64,000 nt of DNA from Oscillospiraceae bacterium. GTDB taxonomy: Bacteria; Bacillota; Clostridia; Oscillospirales; UBA929. Within the stretch, counting starts at the first letter, position 1. Each line of letters begins with the position of its first letter. The translations under genes and the position numbers were made by a program. Location: assembly GCA_031549605.1 (NCBI GenBank), contig JAVBPM010000031.1, forward strand, positions 28,001 to 92,000, written 5' to 3'. This document shows, piece after piece, positions 56,725 through 63,909 of the stretch. The notes beneath the pieces were generated by a model, which was not told the origin of the DNA, searched no databases, and saw only the letters and a program-made list of their open reading frames with translations.

Positions 56725-56741
56725 TTGTCGTTTCTTGTCGT
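56725..56741. promoter_or_regulatory. direct repeats TTGTCGT x2 at 10-bp spacing
   Basis: TTGTCGTttcTTGTCGT in the divergent intergenic region 56720-56811. Confidence 0.25.
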
Positions 56742-56811
56742 CATCTGGCGGTGGCGTTTTGCCGGTTGTTGGTGTATGCTGGTTGTAACTACTTTTGAAA
56801 GGGTGGAAGCT

Positions 56812-58329
56812 ATGAAAAAGACTTGTGTGACTCTCGCGTTACTGATGCTTGTGGGGCTGGTTGGGTGCGGGAGCAAGAAGGCTGCGGAGACATCGACTGC
56901 GACGGCATCGACTAACGGCGGCGAGTCGTGGATGCAGCACTACACCGAGGCGGTGCGCCAACAATATGCGGTCAAGAGTGACGCCGAGGCCAAACGGGGC
57001 GACTTGATAGCCGTCTCCGGCACCGTTAAAAGCATCACTTCTTTCGTCGGCACGCAGGGGTACGAGATCGTTCTCGGCACCAAGGACGGCGACTGGCTTG
57101 TTGTGCTTGAGGGAACCGCCAACCCAAGGCCTTCCGTCGACAAAGAGGCAACCTTTTACGGTGTGTACAACGGCCTATCTGACGATGCCGACCTTGCAAT
57201 TTCCGACACCCCGACGTTGTATGTCGCTAGATACACAGTGAACGGGATTTCAAGGAAAACCTTCATCAAGGGCTTTGACATTGCTGACAGTTACGAGGGC
57301 AAGAGTGCCATGGAAATACGTAAAGATTTGCCGCCAACGCATACACCGCGACCCACTCAAACAGCAACCCCTGCCTCGACACCCGCACCCACAGCAACGC
57401 CAACGCCGGAGCGAACCGAATCATTTAAGGACATATCCTTCACCGTACCGTCCGGTGGCATATATCAAGATGGCAAGGATGAAGATAACAAGTGGGTCAT
57501 CGTGGAAAGCAATGGCACAATTTTGTGGTCAGCCCATTTAATGACTACTGAACCTACGCTCACGGATGTAAGCGTAGAAACAGAAAGTGAATTTTGGGCA
57601 ACAATCAATTTGATGACCGAGGCCGAAAGCAGCGCCATGACCTTTGGCGACAAGGACACCAGGTGCTGGTACGCCCGCGGCACGTGTGAACTTGGCGAGG
57701 CAAAGGAAATAACGTACACGGAGCGCATGGCATTTAAGGTCAAGGGGACGTTCTATGTTATCCTTTGTTTCCTCGACGGTAAGCCGACCGCAACAGATGC
57801 GGAGCGAGCTCCACTTTTGAACTTCCTCGCCTCCGTCGAACTTACGGGAACTGCCGCCGCCACGGCAACTTTTGAGAGCGGCCAATATGAGATAGGCACG
57901 GATATGCCTGCGGGTGAATACGTACTGGAAGCCTACGGGTCCTCTGCTTATTTCGCGATTACTACTGACGCAAACGGTGATGACATCTACGCCAACGACA
58001 ACTTTTCAAACCACTCTATAGTCACAGTTAAAGATGGGCAGTACCTAGAGCTCAGTCGCTGCAACGCGGTGCCAATTGACGAGGCCGAGAACTACGCGGA
58101 GGGGTTGGCATCACTGCCGGAGGGGATGTATAAAATCGGTTTACATTTGCCAGCCGGTAAATACAAACTTGAGGCCACCGGCAGCAGAGGCGGTTATTAC
58201 GGCCTTTACAATTCGTCGACACATAAAAACATTGTCAGCAACGACAACTTTGACGGGTCACGCTATGTGTCCGTAAAGGACGGTCAATACCTCGTTCTGA
58301 GTCGCTGTGAACTGATTGTCGGGGAGTAG
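56812..58329 (+). CDS. prophage lipoprotein with duplicated C-terminal module
   Basis: MKKTCVTLALLMLVGLVGCG lipobox, a T/P-rich linker, and two ~65-aa repeats (57871-58070 and 58114-58320). ATG 56812. Confidence 0.75.
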   Translation: MKKTCVTLALLMLVGLVGCGSKKAAETSTATASTNGGESWMQHYTEAVRQQYAVKSDAEAKRGDLIAVSGTVKSITSFVGTQGYEIVLGTKDGDWLVVLEGTANPRPSVDKEATFYGVYNGLSDDADLAISDTPTLYVARYTVNGISRKTFIKGFDIADSYEGKSAMEIRKDLPPTHTPRPTQTATPASTPAPTATPTPERTESFKDISFTVPSGGIYQDGKDEDNKWVIVESNGTILWSAHLMTTEPTLTDVSVETESEFWATINLMTEAESSAMTFGDKDTRCWYARGTCELGEAKEITYTERMAFKVKGTFYVILCFLDGKPTATDAERAPLLNFLASVELTGTAAATATFESGQYEIGTDMPAGEYVLEAYGSSAYFAITTDANGDDIYANDNFSNHSIVTVKDGQYLELSRCNAVPIDEAENYAEGLASLPEGMYKIGLHLPAGKYKLEATGSRGGYYGLYNSSTHKNIVSNDNFDGSRYVSVKDGQYLVLSRCELIVGE

Positions 58330-58421
58330 GTGTCCGCTTCCAGTCTCCCTTGTGGCTTTGCGTGATGTCTATTGTCCACATTTAGTCGCCACAGTATATT
58401 TGGCGAAAGGAGGTGAGGGAA

Positions 58422-59000
58422 GTGGAGGCTGTTTTTTTAGCACTTGTCAGTCAATCCGCACCACCTGCACCTATCTTGCTCAGCCGAGAGAACATACTGG
58501 CCACAATTTCAATTGCGGCATTTCTCATGTCACTACTTAGCTGGATTTTCGCTTGGTTTCGTCGGCGTTTGCGAATAAACTTGACAACCATTGCGTACGA
58601 AGCGAACGAGAAGCGCAGCCCGTACCGAGGCAGTCGAATCATCTACCTTACTCTCGAAAACCCATCCAACACTCCCGTTGTCATAAGGCATTTCTTCCTC
58701 GGCTCAAAGCAGGGCAAGGTTCAGTGTTGCCTTTTGCCCGTGCGCATTGGGGGCAAAACAGTGAACGAGAACGGACGCTCAAGCTGCGTGGCTGAATATT
58801 TTTCAGCAAGTTTTCCAATTACGCTTCCGGCGTTGGCGGCAGATAATTATCTTCTTCTTTTTGAAGATGCCTCACATATTCTTGCAACTGGTGCCACGGA
58901 AGCGAATCTTGAAGTTGTGACCACACGCGGCTCGAAATGGAAAAGGATACCGTTATGTTGTCCTTCGTTCCGAACACTTCTTGGTTTTCCTCAAAAATAG
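58422..59000 (+). CDS. single-pass membrane protein, unknown
   Basis: GTG 58422 after AAAGGAGGTG, TM ILATISIAAFLMSLLSWIFAWF, beta-rich C-terminal domain. Confidence 0.55.
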   Translation: MEAVFLALVSQSAPPAPILLSRENILATISIAAFLMSLLSWIFAWFRRRLRINLTTIAYEANEKRSPYRGSRIIYLTLENPSNTPVVIRHFFLGSKQGKVQCCLLPVRIGGKTVNENGRSSCVAEYFSASFPITLPALAADNYLLLFEDASHILATGATEANLEVVTTRGSKWKRIPLCCPSFRTLLGFPQK

Positions 59001-59036
59001 TGTACCTCATTGGACTATGCCACTCCCTTCGTACCC

Positions 59037-59070
59037 GCCGCCCGGCCACCCGCCGGGCGGCTTTGCTTTA
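59037..59070 (+). terminator. rho-independent terminator
   Basis: GCCGCCCGG-ccacccg-CCGGGCGGC hairpin followed by TTTGCTTT. Confidence 0.55.
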
Positions 59071-59279
59071 CGCTGTGTAAACATCGGCATCAGACATTTC
59101 ATATGAGATACAAAAAACGCACTTGATTGCCAACAACCTTAAGTCACAGTTGGACTCCATTTTGGATGAAGCACAGGTTTTCGACGATCGCCAAGAAGCT
59201 CGACAGGCTTTAATAAGCGAGCGACTCGACAAAGTTGACGCAACACAGCGTTCCCTAGAGCAAAGAATCAACGAGTTGA

Positions 59280-59456
59280 CTACGCCAGCAAGCAATAAAC
59301 AACCAACGCAATAGCGCTGACAAAGATGCCGGACAGAAGTGCGATGTGGGGAGCAACTGCGCATAAAGCTTTTCGCTTAGCATAACGGTACTCTTCAAAC
59401 GTCAAACCATCATATATTTGACGCTCAATTTCGCCTGCCTTTTTTTCGTTGAGCAC
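59280..59456 (-). CDS. small tail-anchored membrane protein (58 aa)
   Basis: Hand translation gives VLNEKKAGEIERQIYDGLTFEEYRYAKRKALCAVAPHIALLSGIFVSAIALVVYCLLA. GTG after GAAAGGAGA, 14 nt downstream of the RHH-1 stop. Below the ORF-track cutoff. Confidence 0.4.
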   Translation of the reverse strand: MLNEKKAGEIERQIYDGLTFEEYRYAKRKALCAVAPHIALLSGIFVSAIALVVYCLLA

Positions 59457-59470
59457 GGTGTATCTCCTTT

Positions 59471-59629
59471 CTACGCTGTGTCGGACATTGGCGGCGGATT
59501 TTGCTCAGCCAACCAACCCCAAATAATATGGAGCAGTAATCCGTTGACAGTCATGCCGCGCTGTTTAGCGTGTCGTTTAAGCTGTGTTCGGACATTGTCC
59601 GGCGGTCGGAACGAAAGTATCTTTGGCAC
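59471..59629 (-). CDS. ribbon-helix-helix protein RHH-1 (52 aa)
   Basis: Hand translation gives VPKILSFRPPDNVRTQLKRHAKQRGMTVNGLLLHIIWGWLAEQNPPPMSDTA. GTG after AAGGGAGGG. Strand-helix-helix pattern. Confidence 0.55.
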   Translation of the reverse strand: MPKILSFRPPDNVRTQLKRHAKQRGMTVNGLLLHIIWGWLAEQNPPPMSDTA

Positions 59630-59648
59630 GGTCAGCCCTCCCTTTTCG

Positions 59649-59741
59649 GTGATGTCACTGATACTATATCAGTTGTTATCAGTGATGTCAATATGAAAGT
59701 AGAATTATTATTGATAATGTTTTATTATCATAGTGACATCA
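59649..59741. promoter_or_regulatory. operator-like repeats between divergent RHH genes
   Basis: GTGATGTCA at 59649 and 59682, inverted TGACATCA at 59734, 9-bp inverted repeat TCACTGATA (59655) / TATCAGTGA (59677), and an extra TATCAG at 59667. Confidence 0.4.
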
Positions 59742-59760
59742 AGAAAGGTTGGTTGGTAAT

Positions 59761-59943
59761 ATGGCAACAGATAAGCGTCCGACTATGCTTAGGCTCCCTG
59801 ACGAAACCTATGAAAAAATCAGATATCTTGCATTTGTAGAGCGCCGCTCCATCAACATGGAAATTGAGCACGCTTTAGATGTGTACATCACGGCGCATGA
59901 GGCCCTGCACGGGCCAATTCAGCTTCCCGACCCAGTTGAATAA
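59761..59943 (+). CDS. ribbon-helix-helix (Arc/CopG-like) protein RHH-2
   Basis: MATDKRPTMLRLPDETYEKIRYLAFVERRSINMEIEHALDVYI. The ORF track starts at TTG 59749. Confidence 0.6.
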   Translation: MATDKRPTMLRLPDETYEKIRYLAFVERRSINMEIEHALDVYITAHEALHGPIQLPDPVE

Positions 59944-60046
59944 GCCACAGCACTCGGTCATTGACGCTTACATTTAGCCGCTGCGCCTCTTGTCTGAGTT
60001 GCTCCAACATCTCAGCCGGGAGGCGTAGTGTCGTTTGCTCGCGCAT
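59888..60046 (-). CDS. ribbon-helix-helix protein RHH-3 (52 aa), convergent with RHH-2
   Basis: Hand translation gives MREQTTLRLPAEMLEQLRQEAQRLNVSVNDRVLWLIQLGREAELARAGPHAP. ATG after GAAAGGAG. Resembles RHH-1. Its tail overlaps the RHH-2 tail by 56 nt. Confidence 0.45.
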   Translation of the reverse strand: MREQTTLRLPAEMLEQLRQEAQRLNVSVNDRVLWLIQLGREAELARAGPHAP

Positions 60047-60177
60047 CTTCCCACTCCTTTCGACAGGTTTCGATTGTGCGGTGGGTGATTTTGGTGTATG
60101 CTTAGGTAACTACAGCGTAAAAAGTCAAACGGTGCATACTCGAAATAAGCTCAACACTAATTAATGAGGTGCTAAAT

Positions 60178-60873
60178 ATGGCCGCTAAATTTTGCATGAT
60201 GTGCGGAAACCCACTTGGACTGTTGAACACAAAGAAGTCGGCGGACGGCGTCTTATGTAGCAACTGTGCGTCTATTGCCTCAAACCCACAGTTCTTTACC
60301 GTTGAGCAAATTCAAGGGCTTTGGCAAGCGCACGCTTATCGGCAGAGTGTATTTGCGCCTGCTACTCGCATACCGCTTTCTATGACAATCGCCGTGCTGG
60401 TTGATCCCACGCGGAAGATGTTCTCATTTGAGGGTGCGGATCCAATCTACTGCTTTGGTGAGGTCGAAGACGCAGACGTTGTCACTACGGGCGGCAAGGT
60501 AATCACCAAGAAGAAGGGTGGCATCACGCGAGCCGTTACAGGCGGGTTGCTCTTTGGTGCCGCTGGTGCGATCGTGGGAGCGGGTACGGCTAAAAGCCAA
60601 ACGAAGACAGTGGGAGACTATCAGCAACTGGTCGTCCGCATCTCGCACTTCACCGGCAATATCACCAAGAAGTTCACGTGGCCGAGCTCTCGCAACGTCG
60701 AGTTTTGGGAGTATTGCATGGCGAATGCTGAGGCAGAGAATGCCATCCCCGCACAACCCGCGGCTCAGCTTAGCGCCGCCGATGAAATTGCCAAGTTCAA
60801 AACCCTGCTTGACCAAGGCGTAATTACTCAGGAAGAGTTCGAGGTAAAGAAGAGACAATTACTTGGCCTGTGA
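60178..60873 (+). CDS. zinc-ribbon / glycine-zipper / SHOCT-domain protein
   Basis: N-terminal CMMCGNPL...LCSNC, central GGLLFGAAGAIVGAG, C-terminal SHOCT-like AADEIAKFKTLLDQGVITQEEFEVKKRQLLGL. ATG 60178 after GAGGTG. Confidence 0.7.
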   Translation: MAAKFCMMCGNPLGLLNTKKSADGVLCSNCASIASNPQFFTVEQIQGLWQAHAYRQSVFAPATRIPLSMTIAVLVDPTRKMFSFEGADPIYCFGEVEDADVVTTGGKVITKKKGGITRAVTGGLLFGAAGAIVGAGTAKSQTKTVGDYQQLVVRISHFTGNITKKFTWPSSRNVEFWEYCMANAEAENAIPAQPAAQLSAADEIAKFKTLLDQGVITQEEFEVKKRQLLGL

Positions 60874-60885
60874 CGCTGCTTTGCT

Positions 60886-61089
60886 TTACGCTGTGTCAGC
60901 AAACAGGTCAGCGGGCAAAACATCGAGAGCTTTTGCGATTGACAAAATGTGTTCTTCTCGCATGACCTTCCGTCCTGTCAATAGCGCATTAAATTCCTTA
61001 ACGTTAAAACCTGCTTTTTCTGCCAAAAGGCTCTGCTTAATGCATTTGGCTTTCATGACACGGCGCGTGTTCGTTGCCACCACTCCCAC
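60886..61089 (-). CDS. Cro-like XRE-family HTH protein
   Basis: HTH IKQSLLAEKAGFNVKEFNALLTGRK. GTG 61089 after GGAGGAGG. Divergent from the CI-like gene. Confidence 0.65.
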   Translation of the reverse strand: MGVVATNTRRVMKAKCIKQSLLAEKAGFNVKEFNALLTGRKVMREEHILSIAKALDVLPADLFADTA

Positions 61090-61110
61090 AATCTCACCTC
61101 CTCCACGTTT

Positions 61111-61240
61111 GTTCGCGTATCTCGAACTATTCACAGTATAGTCGTGTATCTCGAACTTGTCAATAGTGTTTTAAGAAAAAAGTTTGCACTTCTTGAACTT
61201 TTTTTCTTGACTGTTAAAGACCAGTCGTATATACTCGAAC
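61111..61240. promoter_or_regulatory. immunity switch region: three operator-like sites and CI promoter
   Basis: O1 GTTCGcgtatctCGAAC (61111-61127), O2 AGTCGTGTATCTCGAAC (61140-61156), O3 AGTCGTATATACTCGAAC (61223-61240). TTGACT (61207-61212), 17 nt, TATACT (61230-61235), which overlaps O3. Confidence 0.5.
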
Positions 61241-61256
61241 AACAAGGAGTGGTAAT

Positions 61257-61751
61257 ATGTCTTTTGGAAGCAGGATAAAGGAAGCCCGCAAAAACAAACA
61301 TCTCACCCAAGAACAGCTGGGCGAGATGATTGGTGTGGCTAAATCTACCGTCACCGGCTACGAAAAGGGGACATCCCACCCTGACGAAGGCAAGATCATA
61401 TCGCTGATGTCAGTGCTTAATGTTGACGCCAATTACCTTTGGCAGGATGACATCCCGGCGCATTCACACGTCAGGCGTTCACTCTCCCCCGCCGAACTCG
61501 CGCACATAAAAAAATACCGTGACCTCGACGATCACGGCAAAAAGTCAGTGGATTACATACTGAACAACGAGACAGAACGCTGCAAGGCGCAGGGTACGGG
61601 CGGATATGCAAGCGCCTCGTCGGGCGCCATCCCGCTTCCCTTCGCCGCGCAGGGTGGCGGCATTACCGTAAGCTACCTGACGCCGGAACAGGACAGGCAA
61701 GTCGACCTTGCCGCCGACGAGCTGGAGCGGAGATTGAAAGGGCAAGACTGA
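61257..61751 (+). CDS. CI-like XRE-family repressor
   Basis: HTH LTQEQLGEMIGVAKSTVTGYEKG. 164 aa, followed by ImmA and integrase genes. Confidence 0.8.
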   Translation: MSFGSRIKEARKNKHLTQEQLGEMIGVAKSTVTGYEKGTSHPDEGKIISLMSVLNVDANYLWQDDIPAHSHVRRSLSPAELAHIKKYRDLDDHGKKSVDYILNNETERCKAQGTGGYASASSGAIPLPFAAQGGGITVSYLTPEQDRQVDLAADELERRLKGQD

Positions 61752-61816
61752 CAGGAAAACATTACCATGTCGAATTGTGTCGATAGTGCTGTATACTGGT
61801 CACGAGGTGATCAGCT

Positions 61817-62692
61817 ATGCGTTACATTGAACGCGCTTCTAGTTCTTTTCTGAAGCGCACCGGCGGCAACCGGCTCCCTGTGCCCATTGAGGAGCTGCGG
61901 GACAACGTGATTATTGCGCCCTATTCTGCAGGCAGAGACCTCTTGACGCAGATGGAACAATGGGAATACGCGCAGACCGTGAAAGCCTGTTCGACCATAC
62001 GCAACGGCAAGCTGTACATATTTTATCGGGACGACCTGTCATACCACGAACGGCGCTTTGCCATCGCCCACGAATACGGTCATTACGTGCTCGGCCACAT
62101 AGCAGTCGGCGGCATTCTCGGCTACAGCGACGACGAGAACGTGCACAACAAGCAGGAGGACGAGGCCAACGCTTTCGCGCTGTATTGCCTGGCGCCTCCG
62201 GCGCTGCTGCGCGGCAAGCGTTGCCGAACAGCCAAGGACATTGAGGATGCGGCAGAGGTCGACGCCAACCACGCGCGCGAAATTCACTACAGGATGTTCG
62301 GCGAGTTGCACCCTCGCAAGCGGCTCCCACGTTGGGCGCTGTGGTCTGCAATCGGCGCAACGGCCACAGCCGCGACAATTACGGCCTGTCTCATACTTGC
62401 CCCCACCGACGACGGCACAACACACACCGACGCGCCGCCAGCGACGACGAGGATTATCGCACCCGCCACAACCAAAGCGCCGACGCCTGTCATTGCCACA
62501 CCGATTACAACGGCAGCGGTCGACACCTACTACTGGGTGGGCGAGGGAGAGGTGTACCATGCCTTTGCCGACTGCTCATACATAATAAACTCACGTAAAA
62601 TCATCAGCGGCACATTGGCCGAAGCACAACAGCACGACCCTGACCTGTGCCAGCGCTGTCGGGACAGGCTGGAGCGTGGCGACAGGCCATAA
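61817..62692 (+). CDS. ImmA/IrrE-family metalloprotease with TM segment and C-terminal Cys motif domain
   Basis: HEYGHYVLGH zinc motif. Hydrophobic helix WALWSAIGATATAATITACLILA, T/P/A-rich linker, and C-terminal YYWVGEGEVYHAFADCSYI...GTLAEA...CQRC. Confidence 0.8.
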   Translation: MRYIERASSSFLKRTGGNRLPVPIEELRDNVIIAPYSAGRDLLTQMEQWEYAQTVKACSTIRNGKLYIFYRDDLSYHERRFAIAHEYGHYVLGHIAVGGILGYSDDENVHNKQEDEANAFALYCLAPPALLRGKRCRTAKDIEDAAEVDANHAREIHYRMFGELHPRKRLPRWALWSAIGATATAATITACLILAPTDDGTTHTDAPPATTRIIAPATTKAPTPVIATPITTAAVDTYYWVGEGEVYHAFADCSYIINSRKIISGTLAEAQQHDPDLCQRCRDRLERGDRP

Positions 62693-62739
62693 ACAGAAAA
62701 AAGCCCTGCCATAAGGCAGGGCGCGAGAGGTGGTGTAAT

Positions 62740-63783
62740 ATGGTTGTCCCGGCGGCACGCAAGGTAACAAGCGGGAGATGGTTTATTCAGTTAAGGATTG
62801 GTGGCGAGAATGTAAACATTACCGAATCCACGGAAAAAAAGTGCATCGCGGCCGCGCGACTGCTCAAAGCTGAGTATCTGGCTGGTAAGCGCGTTAAGCA
62901 AGACATACCAAGCATCACTTTGCGCAGCGCCTGCACTGAGTACATCGAGACGCGGCGCTCGCGATTATCGCCCACTACCATTCAAGGGTACGAGAAAATC
63001 CGAGACAACAACTTTCAGGGCGTTATGGATAAACCCGTAAACCGAATTACATGGGAAAAGCTGGACAAAGCAATTGCGGACGAGTGCGCCATAGTGACTT
63101 GCCGAAAAAAGAAGATGTCGGCAAAGACCATACGTAACTCATTTATGTTCATCATCTCAGTGCTGAGAACGAATAAGATTAAGTTTGACGACCCTTTTTC
63201 TCTGCCGGAAATCAAAAGAACACCTATACAAATCCTACCTGCCGACGACGTGTACAGAACCGTTAAAGGAACCGACATTGAGCTGCCCTGCCTACTGGCC
63301 ATGTGGCTCACAATGTCCATATCGGAAATCCGTGGGCTCACCAAGTCGAAGTCAATACGAAACGGGCAGATCGCCATTGTGGAAACAGTTGTTGACATTG
63401 GGGGTAAACCAGTACGGAAAGAGGGCGGTAAAGAGATTGAGCGCACAAGAACACAAGCTATCCCATTGCACATACAGTGTTTAATAGATGCTGTTGACGG
63501 CGATATCATATGCCCCATCACAGCGCAAGCCATCAACAAGCGGCTTCAAAAACTGCTCGTCAAGAACGGCTTGCCGCCTATAAACTTTCACAAACTGCGG
63601 CACATATCTGCCTCCACAATGGCGGCATTGAACATTCCAACCAACTACGCACAGGAAAAAGGAGGCTGGAAAACCCCCTATACAATGAACACTGTTTACA
63701 CGCACACGTTTACAGAAGAACGCAAATTAGCAGACGCAAAAATGGACGCGTTTTTTGAAAACATTGTAAATAATGCTAACTAA
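62740..63783 (+). CDS. int: tyrosine recombinase / phage integrase
   Basis: Catalytic-domain pattern (...RGLTKS..., HKLRHISAST, GGWKTPYTMNTVYTH with the terminal Tyr). ATG 62740 after GAGAGG. Adjacent to attR. Confidence 0.9.
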   Translation: MVVPAARKVTSGRWFIQLRIGGENVNITESTEKKCIAAARLLKAEYLAGKRVKQDIPSITLRSACTEYIETRRSRLSPTTIQGYEKIRDNNFQGVMDKPVNRITWEKLDKAIADECAIVTCRKKKMSAKTIRNSFMFIISVLRTNKIKFDDPFSLPEIKRTPIQILPADDVYRTVKGTDIELPCLLAMWLTMSISEIRGLTKSKSIRNGQIAIVETVVDIGGKPVRKEGGKEIERTRTQAIPLHIQCLIDAVDGDIICPITAQAINKRLQKLLVKNGLPPINFHKLRHISASTMAALNIPTNYAQEKGGWKTPYTMNTVYTHTFTEERKLADAKMDAFFENIVNNAN

Positions 63784-63795
63784 AACGCTAACTAA
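63772..63795 (+). repeat. tandem 12-bp repeats, putative integrase arm-type sites (P arm)
   Basis: AATGCTAACTAA + AACGCTAACTAA, spanning the integrase stop codon. Matches 17244-17267. Confidence 0.55.
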
Positions 63796-63839
63796 CAGGC
63801 GAGTAAGCTGCGCCGCAGTCGGTATGTATCGTATTTCAC

Positions 63840-63865
63840 GGGTTCAAGTCCCCTCGTCCGCACCA
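63840..63865 (+). repeat. attR core (displaced 3' end of tRNA-Leu)
   Basis: GGGTTCAAGTCCCCTCGTCCGCACCA, identical to 17084-17109. No tRNA 5' part lies upstream. Confidence 0.85.
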
Positions 63866-63866
63866 T

Positions 63867-63909
63867 ATCGAGTGTTCATAACGCAAGTGAACACTCGATT
63901 TTCTTTTTG
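63867..63909 (+). terminator. native tRNA-Leu terminator (host side of attR)
   Basis: ATCGAGTGTTCA-taacgcaag-TGAACACTCGAT perfect 12-bp stem followed by TTTCTTTTTG. Confidence 0.7.

Larger units (their letters stand above)
17084..63865. mobile_element. integrated temperate siphovirus-like prophage (~46.7 kb) in tRNA-Leu
   Basis: Bounded by a perfect 26-bp direct repeat. Carries integrase, immunity, replication, packaging, head, tail and lysis modules. Confidence 0.9.

Noticed and set aside
59068-59364. 98-aa minus ORF and the overlapping 63-aa plus ORF (59123-59314).
   Set aside because: The minus ORF is Cys/Ser/Arg-rich, lacks an RBS and is out of frame with the better-supported 59280-59456 gene. 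The plus ORF needs a TTG start without an RBS. Neither can be supported.
62696-62722. Hairpin GCCCTGCC-ataa-GGCAGGGC between ImmA and int, considered as a terminator.
   Set aside because: The U-tract is on the wrong side for the plus-strand genes: an A-run precedes the stem and no T-run follows. It would terminate only antisense transcription, so its function is unclear.
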